63,069 nucleotides of DNA from a virus (taxonomy: Duplodnaviria > Caudoviricetes): IMG/VR virus record IMGVR_UViG_3300037657_000271, positions 1 to 63,069 of that record. The stretch is one strand, 5' to 3'. Below are positions 48,301 through 56,877 of the stretch, piece by piece. The translations under genes were made by a program, and so were the position numbers. The notes below the pieces were generated by a model. That model was not told the DNA's origin. It made no database searches and saw only the letters and a list, made by a program, of their open reading frames with translations. The first letter of the stretch is position 1. Every line of letters starts with the position of its first letter.

Positions 48301-51300
48301 TTTCGTATGCGGGTGAAAAGTCCCTGAAAAATCTTCCGGCAAAAGAGGAGAAAATCAAAAAAAACAATCTTGAAGTGGCCAAAAAAATGGATGTTTCCAA
48401 CATGGATACGGAAAAAATCCGCCTTGCAACTGGCTGGTTCAAGGGGCCATATGATGGGAAATGGCGGTATGAAGTTGATGACTCTTCGGCAAGCCTGACC
48501 GAAACCTTCCAAAACCTGAAAAACAACAAGATTGTGAAGCTTGAAAAAGTGTTGTCTCATCCCAAATTGTTTAAAGCCTATCCCTGGATGCGGGAAGTGT
48601 TGTTTGTCTCTGATGGGGAAATGTCTCCCGGTTCCGCCCTTTTTAGCCCAGGCCTTGGAAAGCACGGCCAAATTACAATGTCTGACAAGTTCCCCATTGG
48701 CAAAAATGGCAACCTTTTTTCGGACGAAAAGATTACTCTTCTTCATGAAATTCAACACGCTATCCAAAGCAATGAAGGCTTTGCACGCGGGGGAAGCCTT
48801 GCTCACGCCGCAATGGAAAAGAACGCTGCCAGAAAGGAATACCTCCTTTGGGGTGACGCTTTTTCTCTGAAAACGTGGGCCGAAGAAAACAACCTGGGAA
48901 TTCGGGAGGCGGTAAAACCTCTCGAAAACTACTTCGGGGATGAGCTTCTTGATCCAGAAGGAGCTATCAATCTGGCCGAGTCGTTTAGCCGGGAAACCTT
49001 GGCAGAAAGAGCCGAAACAGCAAAGAGCAAAATGAGCGGAGACGATATTGACCTTTATCGCCGCCATGCCGGCGAAATCGAATCCCGAGATGTTGAGGAT
49101 CGAGCCGGCCTGAACGAAAAAGAAAGAAAAGAATACGAACCGTTTTCTTCCGCCGATGTATCCCCTGAAGATGCCATTGTAAGGTTTGGGTCCAATGATT
49201 CTGCCAAAATCGGAGATATCCAAGCCAATGCTCCAAACATTCGGTTTTCCCGGAAGGATTCTGCCAAAATTGAAGATGTCCAAAACAAAACTCCTGAAGA
49301 AGCACAAAAAGAATATCTTGGTGAACCGCTAAAGGTTCCGGAAGTCACCATGCAAGACATTGTTGAAACTGCCAAAGGAAAAAAGACCCGGGAGATCACC
49401 GAAGCCATTCCGGCCATGACCCCCAAGGACAAATCATTTCTGGAAAAACTGGGAGGGATGCTTGGAACACTGGGCCAGGGGTTTGTTTCCCTTGTGGGGC
49501 CATTGGCGTCTGAAGTATCCGAGGCCAGGGCCAAAGAGTTGGGCGTAGAAAAAAACAAGCTAGATCTCCACGCTTTGAAACAATGGCTTGAATCATTGCG
49601 GGGAAAAGTCATGGGAGAAATAGAAGAAGCACTGATGCGTGCCCATATCAACGCCGAGTCCGATAAAATGGTGAAATGGATTGAAGAGTCGACTTCTCCT
49701 GGAGACTTCCGCGATTTTATTTTGGACAAATACCGCCGAATCGTCTACCCATGGCACGCTTTCGGAGCCATTCAGCGGAAATTGTTCTTGATTGCTGAGC
49801 GGGTCTATTGGGATGGGGCCAAAATTGCCCCCAGTCCTGGATTTCGTGTGGAAAAAGTGGAGAAAAAGACCAAATCCGATGGGAGCGTGTACTTGGAAAA
49901 ATCCTACCAATACCAGCAGGACGTTTCCCCTGACCTGGTGATGGAAAATTTCCAGGCACTTCCTCAGTGGGCACAAGAGGCAATCACCGCCAGAGCCCAA
50001 CACAACGAAACGTTCCGCAAAGAATTGGTGGAAAAGAAAATCCCTGAACGAATTCAGAAAAACGAAGTTCAGACGCGGATTGTGGAAGCCCAAATCGCCG
50101 AGGCCGAGCAACGCTTGGTTGATCTGGAATCCATGCCGGATGCAGATAAATCCGAAGGGGTCATTGAGGCCATTAAAAAACAGAGCAACAAACTTAAATC
50201 CCTGCGTCGCGACTGGGGAAAGCTCCAAACTCAGCTACGGTTGGATCGGGATAACCGCGGGCATTATGGATACGTCCATCACTATGGATATCCAACCGAG
50301 ATCATGGGTGAGGCCACGGAAGGGACACCCCCGGTCATCAAGCCGGGAACGGCTGAATGGTATGATGCGGTTCCCCCTTCCTGGAAATATCGCCAGGGAA
50401 CTCGCGGATATCGTGACGTTTCTTTGGTGGAAGCAGATTTGATGCAACGTCGCGGGGAAACTCGGGCGGAATTCGAAAACAAACTGCTTTTGGAGATCGA
50501 GGATACCTATGGGGTCAACGCGGAAGACTACCGAGAGAACAAGGAGGAATGGGACGCCCGGGCCGGGAACAAAGGCTGGGCCGCCATCGATTCCCTTGAT
50601 AAAAAAGACGCTCAGGGGAATCCTCTCAAACTTATGCTTCCTGGGGACGTATACCGCACCTATTTCAATGTGCGCCATCCCGAAGGGAACACCACGTTGG
50701 GCGCGGAAGCCGCAAAGGTGTTTGAAGCACTTGACTCCCTGACCGGGCCGATGAATGAAGCCCTGTTGTGGCATCCCACCAAATTTTTCCGCGATATCCT
50801 TTCCGGACCAATCCATGTCATGGAGTTCATTCGGGATTATGGCACTCGCAACATGAACGATCCCGGGAAGGTGGCCGCGATGATTCCCGCCGCTTGGGAT
50901 GCCTTGAAAAAAGCGTATTCTCCGATTGCTCCCGACGTTTGGCGAAAGTATTCCCCGGGAACTCTTCGAGAGTTTTCGGAGAGTCTGTACTTTCAGAAAG
51001 ACCGAGAACCCGGCGTGATCGTTCGTGGGCTTGACCGGCTTAGTCGAGCGGTTTCCGAGTTTCCTATTGGGTCAGTATTAGCCCAGGTTTTCCGCACGGT
51101 AAATCTTGCCGGGGCTGGGGACATTCCCCTTCGCCGCTTCTTCACGATCCTCGGGGAGAACCTGGCCGACCAAGAAAAGCTGACCGGAGCCGAGCGCGAA
51201 AAGTTCATTCAGAACATGGTTTCCCAATACGGCTTCGACACCAAAAATCTGACCCCGGGACTGGCATTTTTCAGGGGCCTGGATGAAAGCCGGGCCTCAA

Positions 51301-52442
51301 AAATTATGGGTACGGCCTCCAGAGCAATCGCTCCGTTTTTCGGGTATCCCTTTTTGGCCGCCAAGTCCATGCTGATCGATCCGTTTTATCGCGGACTTCC
51401 CGATGTGGCTCAGGGAGGCAGAAAAGCAATGTTGGAGGGACTGACACCGGAGGCGCAAAAACAACTTCTTTCCGGATCATCCGAAATTCTGCGCCCGGTG
51501 TTGTGGGGGTTGCTTGCCATGGCCGCCCACGGCTGGGATGACGATGACGAAACGGTAGCCGGCAATCTTCAGGGATTGGAGAATCTTAATCCATTGGCGA
51601 GAACGATCGGGCGAATTCGAGTCGGAGCAAATGAAAAGGGCGAAAGCTGGTTATCGACCAAAGGCTACGGCATAGCAGGATTGGCTGATGCTATGGTTGA
51701 GGCTCTGTTTTCCGACAAGGATAAATCGGTAAGCGATCTGGCCGCCGAGGTTATTTCCGTCAGTCCGAATTTGCAGGTATTCCTGCATGGGATTGGATTT
51801 CCAAGCCCCTACTCGAAACGGACGCCTTTCAAAAACATCCTGGCACAATATCTCACGACGATCATTCTTCCCCAGGTGATTAGGGCAGGACCCGACATGG
51901 CCAAATACTTGTCCCTTGCCATGGATGACAAAACTATCCCCAATCGCGAGAAAATGAGCCTGGTTCAAACGATCTTGAGTCAGTTCGGTGTTCCGGCAAA
52001 AGTTCAGGAAAGTTTGGGGACTGGGCCGGTTCCTCGCCGACAGACCAAAGACAATAAAATGATCGAGCTGGATCCCACCATTGAGATCATCAAACTACTT
52101 GGACCCAATATCCGGCATATTCCCTATACCCTGTCTGCTTCTGAAGCTGGTGAGGCTATGACTACGCTGGACATTATGAAAGAAAAATCGGCCAAGGCTC
52201 ACAAATACCTTTCCGCGCAATGGGGGCAGGGTTTGAGTTCGCAAAAGGCGGCTGAAAAAATCGGATTGTCCCGGGCAATGGAATTCCGCCAGGCTCTTGA
52301 GCAAATTGATATGGATATCGCCGATCGGGAACGTCGCTTGCCCAAAGCCATTATGAACCTTCCAGAGCCATATCGGCAAGCTGCGGACATTAAAAGCAAA
52401 AAGCGGCGGGAAAGTTTCTTGGATTACCTCGACAAAGAATAG
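42363..52442 (+). CDS. Giant polyvalent internal virion protein (two GGDEF-like domains, zincin MPTase-like, LPD23-like)
   Basis: 3359 aa; WHMGGPAF and RVGGDEN; GHELLH..EELLGD; IRLATGWFKGPYDGKWRYEVDD and LLHEIQHAIQ..EGFARGG. Confidence 0.85.
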   Translation: MSSPLFQRFALPVFESPEYNSKPWEEQKELSKNIITQYESAGGTVDDYLADADEYFSAKPVALPKPTTSQGKASIHKFIRSVPGFLELPESSRNNIARDFDSDRASFQEAFSRELEKMDQEVPPTGAMGVEFKDKPSLLRDAITPVKEGVRAMVRAPLQMPGQLTEVLGKLSKATTGYGDLAITSGNEAARFFDDPFSIPGKAVEAFGDIGKETVGYGDAVRSLGQKLQNILPPEDITDPTLGETSRFLTSLAEPLGSGVGSSLGMLKSGAAIGRAVTPSLKSGIQALPGGQKAIDALRPLLEKITPAGSTPTDVAAQLAGSYPVSALLQTGEGIDALEAHPETKKTNPLWALLPGMATAMVDTPLAMALTGKAKLPNPVQKVMDGFGVPGKTALMMGSEGLEEGGQKLGTEMTPYMAMGRLPTSQEFLKLLEEKVAPEAMGGMLSGPVLGAGHLFEKEQNQQKSDGEQVPPSASTPTPPILTPELFAQMKSSFGNPTDGTTFDLGKWKEAMQEVPVQEPQEENIISEAVRQSQTLEEAQAKIKNAYSGIYGANTQQPPSPIVDQSPQPEQGVGIIQETREIKDLKSELKELAEAWKSLKVAGQGVTDPAGKEQIQNMLQALSAKGKPIKAQIESRGQIEARIKSIQEEQKQLEVAMAAAQNNAIARRTIKKRIADNQRMIEGLSSGQINVTERQADLLSKDPMIGQPAEATPTLKALALLDQMDLKAQDRKPKIEPPKPLSVADFPLLSAIRGMGGIRKSTGENGGEYDASIKALEEAGFKATPDIFRAINGTGKLAPDRMANQLFDAGLIPENSPETMWNALRSEVLGLARSRKEAKSEKNRLAEEELRQQDWENNQSEPVTAGTLSRGDQFTIQGEKYRVIDEGDSALKLKDGIEFWMPYDATMPDGTIRIDRGSLAKETSKPGPASVDKTPVTEPTFEDMATMDALDEQWGELGQKPSPNEPKTNAQKAVEYFSMLDGQEVPKPILSKQKTFEDLEKGIQPSFDDLQSTPPSQTQKILPDQVQNPEISGISKSVGVIPAERALPFVPQVDVELEEMVSSGAFDRQTAQKTREVGAAPVNESLGVDDSVSSNLSKKELERMVDAKEALDVEGKLASVVTTDFEILNLAGMNSVYGDQGSNRMISRILNRIRERVNTELAEDYPDSKYYFNLWHMGGPAFRMNLVADSPVAKFMDSVMDNVQRDISELQGQIAAPDIKTGQPVKLADVKHSKDLTKSGTGVMFALLPVDTKEEIGSVFADNKANLQKQGGQDDLVKRWKAGANPDEIVRLTQLVGKTIRGGVESIERIDGRRVGGTGQENRQGPGKATERVEPNPRSRRVSPPKIDDVAKALGLSDDQVKALWDRGVFRIDSSYGLLDSRNQKAAKAMFTNISEMARIAGKPMSLVMIDHAGISASNKIFAEELGESQGKKVTEAIVRKSLEMVDIVLEEAGTTIQKMRVGGDENLGFSTLTPKDATKAMNRAAKRIKERFAEHGFDALPNLKPEKTPYQETWGPGIYFSVIPIDGKTTFEEAMDKAGIGVELAKEAVIEEAKAFIEKRQQEQEKALAASKGKIEKLGGPDLISRKKVLTFLEKVFPVTEEEVQLWWDGGDLGEKKNRIAQAAVDYQADIEHALMEGAGAEAVDLLARALTDIKIPSRRPRFSRQERETSAKGKDDDNAVHSLSKRTENQFRRPGNRGGTEGDAGSSRTRERGVEGSDQERLGRLEVSLSVEERDKGYLGSLKAIETPTVSQALIRDAFQDLFGKRVIFFDDNSPVAKKRGGRSVMNGAVLTDDSDTIYIATSAAHPGMVVAGHELLHTIRMDDADLYDQLLEAITPQIKDTTRFKETMTRRGQTNLSESQIVEELLGDFLGDRMGTRDFWNNLSQKNPTLFERVAGAFRRFCDLIRGWFSRQPNYQSDQYFRDIQAASEVAERVVAEYAQRKRNARSQTGVGKFLNAMEDRFPGEKETETEAARSRFSYAGEKSLKNLPAKEEKIKKNNLEVAKKMDVSNMDTEKIRLATGWFKGPYDGKWRYEVDDSSASLTETFQNLKNNKIVKLEKVLSHPKLFKAYPWMREVLFVSDGEMSPGSALFSPGLGKHGQITMSDKFPIGKNGNLFSDEKITLLHEIQHAIQSNEGFARGGSLAHAAMEKNAARKEYLLWGDAFSLKTWAEENNLGIREAVKPLENYFGDELLDPEGAINLAESFSRETLAERAETAKSKMSGDDIDLYRRHAGEIESRDVEDRAGLNEKERKEYEPFSSADVSPEDAIVRFGSNDSAKIGDIQANAPNIRFSRKDSAKIEDVQNKTPEEAQKEYLGEPLKVPEVTMQDIVETAKGKKTREITEAIPAMTPKDKSFLEKLGGMLGTLGQGFVSLVGPLASEVSEARAKELGVEKNKLDLHALKQWLESLRGKVMGEIEEALMRAHINAESDKMVKWIEESTSPGDFRDFILDKYRRIVYPWHAFGAIQRKLFLIAERVYWDGAKIAPSPGFRVEKVEKKTKSDGSVYLEKSYQYQQDVSPDLVMENFQALPQWAQEAITARAQHNETFRKELVEKKIPERIQKNEVQTRIVEAQIAEAEQRLVDLESMPDADKSEGVIEAIKKQSNKLKSLRRDWGKLQTQLRLDRDNRGHYGYVHHYGYPTEIMGEATEGTPPVIKPGTAEWYDAVPPSWKYRQGTRGYRDVSLVEADLMQRRGETRAEFENKLLLEIEDTYGVNAEDYRENKEEWDARAGNKGWAAIDSLDKKDAQGNPLKLMLPGDVYRTYFNVRHPEGNTTLGAEAAKVFEALDSLTGPMNEALLWHPTKFFRDILSGPIHVMEFIRDYGTRNMNDPGKVAAMIPAAWDALKKAYSPIAPDVWRKYSPGTLREFSESLYFQKDREPGVIVRGLDRLSRAVSEFPIGSVLAQVFRTVNLAGAGDIPLRRFFTILGENLADQEKLTGAEREKFIQNMVSQYGFDTKNLTPGLAFFRGLDESRASKIMGTASRAIAPFFGYPFLAAKSMLIDPFYRGLPDVAQGGRKAMLEGLTPEAQKQLLSGSSEILRPVLWGLLAMAAHGWDDDDETVAGNLQGLENLNPLARTIGRIRVGANEKGESWLSTKGYGIAGLADAMVEALFSDKDKSVSDLAAEVISVSPNLQVFLHGIGFPSPYSKRTPFKNILAQYLTTIILPQVIRAGPDMAKYLSLAMDDKTIPNREKMSLVQTILSQFGVPAKVQESLGTGPVPRRQTKDNKMIELDPTIEIIKLLGPNIRHIPYTLSASEAGEAMTTLDIMKEKSAKAHKYLSAQWGQGLSSQKAAEKIGLSRAMEFRQALEQIDMDIADRERRLPKAIMNLPEPYRQAADIKSKKRRESFLDYLDKE

Positions 52443-52443
52443 T

Positions 52444-52473
52444 TTTCCAAAAATAAACCCTCCAGGGTGAAGA
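52444..52473 (+). promoter_or_regulatory. Putative late promoter motif, copy 4
   Basis: TTTCCAAAAATAAACCCTCCAGGGTGAAGA. Confidence 0.6.
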
Positions 52474-52502
52474 AACCAAACTTTGCTCAGGAGGGTATTT
52501 TT

Positions 52503-52949
52503 ATGCTTCGGAAAATCTTTGCCATTTTGCTGGTTGTGACCCTTTCGGTTTTGATCCCGATCAAAGTCGATGCGGCGGCCGCTACCGCTTCCGTTTGGAT
52601 TGCGACTCCCACGGCCATGGTTGAGACCCGGGATGCCATGGATGGATATCCCGAGCAACCCCTGGCCTATGACGATGTGACCACCACGACCACCACGGCG
52701 TCTACCACGTCCGTCAGTCTTACCGCGGCCACTGGCCGCAAGCTCATGAGTGTCTACGTCAACGGAACCGGGGAATTGTGGATGAACCCAGGAGGGTCCA
52801 CCGCCGTCCTGAGTTCCGGAATCAAGATCACGGATCGTCTGGAAGACATTCCCATCAACGCGAACTGCCCGGTCAGTTTCATCGCCAGCACCACCGACTT
52901 CACCTACACGACGGTCGAATACCAGGTCCGACAGAAGCCCAACCGGTAA
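52503..52949 (+). CDS. Structural-region protein with signal peptide
   Basis: MLRKIFAILLVVTLSVLIPIKVDA; Thr-rich beta body. Confidence 0.65.
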   Translation: MLRKIFAILLVVTLSVLIPIKVDAAAATASVWIATPTAMVETRDAMDGYPEQPLAYDDVTTTTTTASTTSVSLTAATGRKLMSVYVNGTGELWMNPGGSTAVLSSGIKITDRLEDIPINANCPVSFIASTTDFTYTTVEYQVRQKPNR

Positions 52950-52970
52950 TCCACGGAAAGGAGAAACCAC

Positions 52971-53675
52971 ATGAAAACCCTGAATAAACCGAGAGTCATG
53001 GCCATTTTGATGGTCATGGTTTTCCTGGCTTTCACCGGATGGGCGGAGACAGCCAAGGGACCCAAAATGGGTCCTCTCCCCATCACTCGCGGAGGAACGG
53101 GAGCGACAACGGCCGCGGCGGCTCGGACGGCTCTTGGAGTATCCGACTCCACTTCGACCACGGCCTATGTGGATCAGTCGATCGAGACTCACAGTCTTGA
53201 TAGCTCCAGTCATGGCTGTGATACTGTGGCATCTGCTTCGGCCTTGGCTCTCAAAGCCGACGTCAACGGGTCTGGTTCGGAACGCTTCCAGGCCAACGTT
53301 TTTTATGGTGGCGGGCTTGGTCATGAATTGACCAACGGTGATTCTGTTCTGGCGTCTGCCGGTTCTCTCGTCACCATAAGCACCACAAGCGGAAAGTTTG
53401 CGATTACCACCACCGGGGGATATCCCGATGGGGTTTTGTTTGCGGATACCGCAACCAACACGGCCGGATATGTCCTGATGGCAGGAGTGGCTCACAACAT
53501 CATTGTTCCCGGCAATGCCACGAGCGGTGACTATATTTTCATCGACGGCACCACTGCGGGCGCGGCTTCAACCACCGCGAATCCTCCGCAGACTGCCACC
53601 GAAACGTGGCAATACATTGGCCGTTGCATTCTGACCACCACCACCGGAACTACGTCAATCATCATCAACCGATAA
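52971..53675 (+). CDS. Fibre/decoration-like protein with signal peptide
   Basis: Signal peptide, LPITRGGTGATTAAAARTALGV fibre motif, cement-like C-domain. Confidence 0.7.
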   Translation: MKTLNKPRVMAILMVMVFLAFTGWAETAKGPKMGPLPITRGGTGATTAAAARTALGVSDSTSTTAYVDQSIETHSLDSSSHGCDTVASASALALKADVNGSGSERFQANVFYGGGLGHELTNGDSVLASAGSLVTISTTSGKFAITTTGGYPDGVLFADTATNTAGYVLMAGVAHNIIVPGNATSGDYIFIDGTTAGAASTTANPPQTATETWQYIGRCILTTTTGTTSIIINR

Positions 53676-53689
53676 TCGGGAGGACCGCC

Positions 53690-54661
53690 ATGAAGCGAAC
53701 CGTATTTCTGGCCGTAGTTTTGGCGGTCACTCTGTTTTCCCCCGCTCTTTTGAACGCGGCTGAAAACGCAACCAATACCTGGACAGGGGCTTATGCAACT
53801 GCGCCAACCGGACTGAACAACCACTTGGCGACTCAACCGTATCCGCTGATTTCCGGGAACCCCCCCTTGTTTTTTGTAAATGAAGCCAGTAAAACGGCTC
53901 AAGTGGTCTCTCATGAAAATCCCTTGCCCGCGGTTGGAACCTTTTCCATTTCTTCTTTCAATATTTATGAGCTTGATGGACTCGCCACATGGGGGGCACT
54001 TGATCTTTTGCGGCAAGTAAAAGTAAACCTTGCCTCTTTCACGGCTCCCCTTCCGGCCGGAGAGAACACGATTGGCTCTATCGGGGCAATTGTTGATCCA
54101 TTGCCATCAGGAACGAACATCCTTGGATTGACGGGCATCGACCAGACAACCCCCGGAGTGACAAATGGGATTCAGCCTGCTTCGGATGCGCTTGGTTCAG
54201 CGTCCTCAAACACAGTTGCTCCCCTCGGAGTTCAAATCCTCGTTTCGGACAACACCGATTTGCAGCGTGTTTTGGCTCCCATCATCCTGGGAGATGGGGT
54301 TAACGGAAACAATATGTTGGCCGTTGGCGGCTGGGTCTGGAATGGAACTACCTGGGATAGGGCTCCTGGAAATTCATCCGGCGCATACGTCATTGAACGA
54401 CCGTATCAGGTGGCATCAACAACTATCGGAACGATTACCACGGCGGTTTATACCATCACCTGGGTTTCCGGGGTTCAGGAGGCTGATTTTTGCCTGACCG
54501 AAACGGATAAGGAGGTTTGGCTGAAGCTGGGTGGGGATGACCCAGCGGTTCTTAACGGTAGGCCTATCCGATCAAATTTCAGCCTTAAGAGGATAAATCC
54601 CTCGGAAGTCGCGAAATTGATTGCCAGTGAATCTATCGGCTTCTGTCTCATTCAGAGGTAA
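53690..54661 (+). CDS. Structural-region protein with signal peptide
   Basis: MKRTVFLAVVLAVTLFSPALLNA; LPAGENTIG/LPSGTNILG repeats; WNGTTWDR. Confidence 0.65.
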   Translation: MKRTVFLAVVLAVTLFSPALLNAAENATNTWTGAYATAPTGLNNHLATQPYPLISGNPPLFFVNEASKTAQVVSHENPLPAVGTFSISSFNIYELDGLATWGALDLLRQVKVNLASFTAPLPAGENTIGSIGAIVDPLPSGTNILGLTGIDQTTPGVTNGIQPASDALGSASSNTVAPLGVQILVSDNTDLQRVLAPIILGDGVNGNNMLAVGGWVWNGTTWDRAPGNSSGAYVIERPYQVASTTIGTITTAVYTITWVSGVQEADFCLTETDKEVWLKLGGDDPAVLNGRPIRSNFSLKRINPSEVAKLIASESIGFCLIQR

Positions 54662-54664
54662 GCC

Positions 54665-55417
54665 ATGACCATGAAAAATGTTTGGCGAACCATCATTCTC
54701 TTGCTGGGGTCTATGGCGTGTTTGGCGTTCGGATCGGACTCGTTTGAAGTCGATTCCGGTTACGATCCAAACGCGGCCCGAAAAAGTGCGGTTGGGATTA
54801 ACCCTGAAATTTGGCGGGCGGCCCTGGATGTTTTCAACAAAGCCGAAGTTTCCGCCGCAATAGCAACTGAAACGGTTGATAGGCAAGCGGCAATTGCAAC
54901 TGTTTCCGCTGAGATTGCCGCTCATATCGCCTCATCCGGAGCGGATGTGCATGGACTTGGAAACTATTCAACCACGGTTGATACGGTGGCCTCCCTCACG
55001 CTTCTGGAAGATTTCGTCACGCAGAGCATTGCCACGGCCGTATCTTCAATACCCGGAGCGGCTACGTCTGGTGATGAGGTATTGATCGAAACCGCCACCA
55101 CAACTTATTACCTACCGTTCGACGGCTCGACGGCGGTTTTCTCGATTTCGTCGGGGTCGGTATCCATCGCGGAATATTGGGTCACCGCTCAGGCAAGTAG
55201 CACGGCAAGCGCATTAACCGTGAGGTTGTTTGCCACGTATGACGGTTTCAACGGGACGCTAAACCTAATTGAATCGTCTGCGGAAATCATTCAGGATCGG
55301 AACGCCGATGCCTGGACAATTTACACGGACGCGGATGGTCATGTCGTTGCCTCGGTTCCATCCACTGTGCGGGCGCAGGTGCTAAAGACTGAAATCACAA
55401 CTATGGAGGGTGATTGA
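54665..55417 (+). CDS. Fibre-like protein with signal peptide
   Basis: MKNVWRTIILLLGSMACLAFG; AIATE..DRQAAIA..AAHIA..VHG coiled-coil fibre pattern. Confidence 0.6.
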   Translation: MTMKNVWRTIILLLGSMACLAFGSDSFEVDSGYDPNAARKSAVGINPEIWRAALDVFNKAEVSAAIATETVDRQAAIATVSAEIAAHIASSGADVHGLGNYSTTVDTVASLTLLEDFVTQSIATAVSSIPGAATSGDEVLIETATTTYYLPFDGSTAVFSISSGSVSIAEYWVTAQASSTASALTVRLFATYDGFNGTLNLIESSAEIIQDRNADAWTIYTDADGHVVASVPSTVRAQVLKTEITTMEGD

Positions 55418-55962
55418 TGATACGATCTGAAAAACTGGTTTGCTTGGTTGCCATGCTGCTCTGCTTGGTCTCGACCACGGGGTTTGGTGCCTCGGGGATG
55501 AACCTGAGAAATGGGCTGCTGAAAGCCGGCGGCACCTATGTTGACGCCGCGACGACTACAAAGATTGTTTGCAACAGTGCGGTTGAGACTGCATGCGGGT
55601 TTGGAACAGCCACCACTGACGTTTTGGGGGAATACGACGGGGTTGCAACATTTACTGCGGTGGCAAACAAGGATGTCTTGTTTGTTATCGGCGCGGAGCA
55701 TGGCGGTGCAACTTCGGGGTCGGGACTGTTGAATGAACACCAATTCATCAACGCAAAGCTGAACGGCGCGTATTTTGGGGGAAACAAGGCCGGATATTGT
55801 CTTGCCCAACTATCCACCACACGGTCTATGCAAGACCACGTGGTCATCCCGATGCGACTAAACAAGGGCGATCAGGTATCATTTATCTATTATCAGTCTT
55901 GCGGGGCGGCCATCAGCGTTTCGTTCTCTTTGCGAATTTACCTCATGAAAAATAACCCATAG
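55417..55962 (+). CDS. Fibre-tip-like protein with signal peptide
   Basis: LVCLVAMLLCLVSTTGFG; C-terminal MRLNKGDQVSF (C1q-like). Confidence 0.6.
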   Translation: MIRSEKLVCLVAMLLCLVSTTGFGASGMNLRNGLLKAGGTYVDAATTTKIVCNSAVETACGFGTATTDVLGEYDGVATFTAVANKDVLFVIGAEHGGATSGSGLLNEHQFINAKLNGAYFGGNKAGYCLAQLSTTRSMQDHVVIPMRLNKGDQVSFIYYQSCGAAISVSFSLRIYLMKNNP

Positions 55963-55975
55963 CCAGGAGTTCACC

Positions 55976-56395
55976 TTGTCCTCAGTCGAAGAAAAAGTTG
56001 GAGAGTTAAAAGGGCGTGCGGACGCTCACGATACCGTGTTGGCTGAGATAAAGACCGGGTTAAAAACGATTTTAACTGAACAGCGAAAGCTTCCCCAGCA
56101 AATTGTCAAAATTTCCCGGAAAATCGCCCGGGCGGAAATTTCAAAATCACAACAGCCGACTCAGCCGCCCCTACCGCCGCAACAGTCTCAACCGAACCAG
56201 CTGCACCAGCAAACTCAAACAACCCAGGCAAGTGCCCCCCCCCTTGATCTCACGATGTTGCAGAAGATTTTCATCGGGATCGGGTCTTTGGGAATGCTTT
56301 TGGGTGGAGCTTTTTATGGGTTTTCAGGGGCCTCACAAGAGGGTCCAAAACAACTCCAGGCACCGGTATCACAACAGCAGGGGGTTCGACCATGA
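55976..56395 (+). CDS. Coiled-coil + transmembrane protein (lysis cassette)
   Basis: AGGAG RBS; C-terminal TM IFIGIGSLGMLLGGAFYGF; precedes the endolysin. Confidence 0.6.
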   Translation: MSSVEEKVGELKGRADAHDTVLAEIKTGLKTILTEQRKLPQQIVKISRKIARAEISKSQQPTQPPLPPQQSQPNQLHQQTQTTQASAPPLDLTMLQKIFIGIGSLGMLLGGAFYGFSGASQEGPKQLQAPVSQQQGVRP

Positions 56396-56820
56396 TTCAG
56401 TTGCCACATACCATGATTCAGGCTGATTGGGACGATCTGAAACATTTTTCACGCAAGGAAAATTGGGGAGATCCCAACAGAATGGATGCTGAGTTAGTTC
56501 ACGCTCTGGATGACTTTCGCGCCTACGTTGGCCGACCGGTCATCATCCATTGTGGAACCCAGGGAACCCACACCGACGGAAGCGTTCATTATCTCGGGAA
56601 AGCTGTAGATATGCACGTCCACGGGATGCACGCTTTTGACGCTTTCATAGCCGCATCCCGATTTCCCGCGTTTCGGGGGATTGGACTTTACCTTGAGTGG
56701 AATAACCCCGGTCTCCACTTGGATAATCGGGATCTGCCCTTGGGCATCCGGGCTTTGTGGATGAAGAAAAATGGGGTCTACGTGGACATTTCAAGGGCGA
56801 ATCTCAAAGGATTTTTTTAG
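56392..56820 (+). CDS. Endolysin, peptidase M15 family
   Basis: HF...E..MD..LV..LD..R..P..I..SVHYLGKAVD..GIGLY..GLHLD. Confidence 0.85.
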   Translation: MIQLPHTMIQADWDDLKHFSRKENWGDPNRMDAELVHALDDFRAYVGRPVIIHCGTQGTHTDGSVHYLGKAVDMHVHGMHAFDAFIAASRFPAFRGIGLYLEWNNPGLHLDNRDLPLGIRALWMKKNGVYVDISRANLKGFF

Positions 56821-56877
56821 GCTGGAAACTTGTTCAAAAATACCTCTGGTTGAGGAAAAAAATACGTAGGAGGTTAC

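Noticed and set aside
47739-49307. Long antisense ORFs (also 14356-15450, 30423-31433, 32318-33598, 52095-53495)
   Set aside because: Shadow frames of well-supported plus-strand genes, with no recognisable motifs
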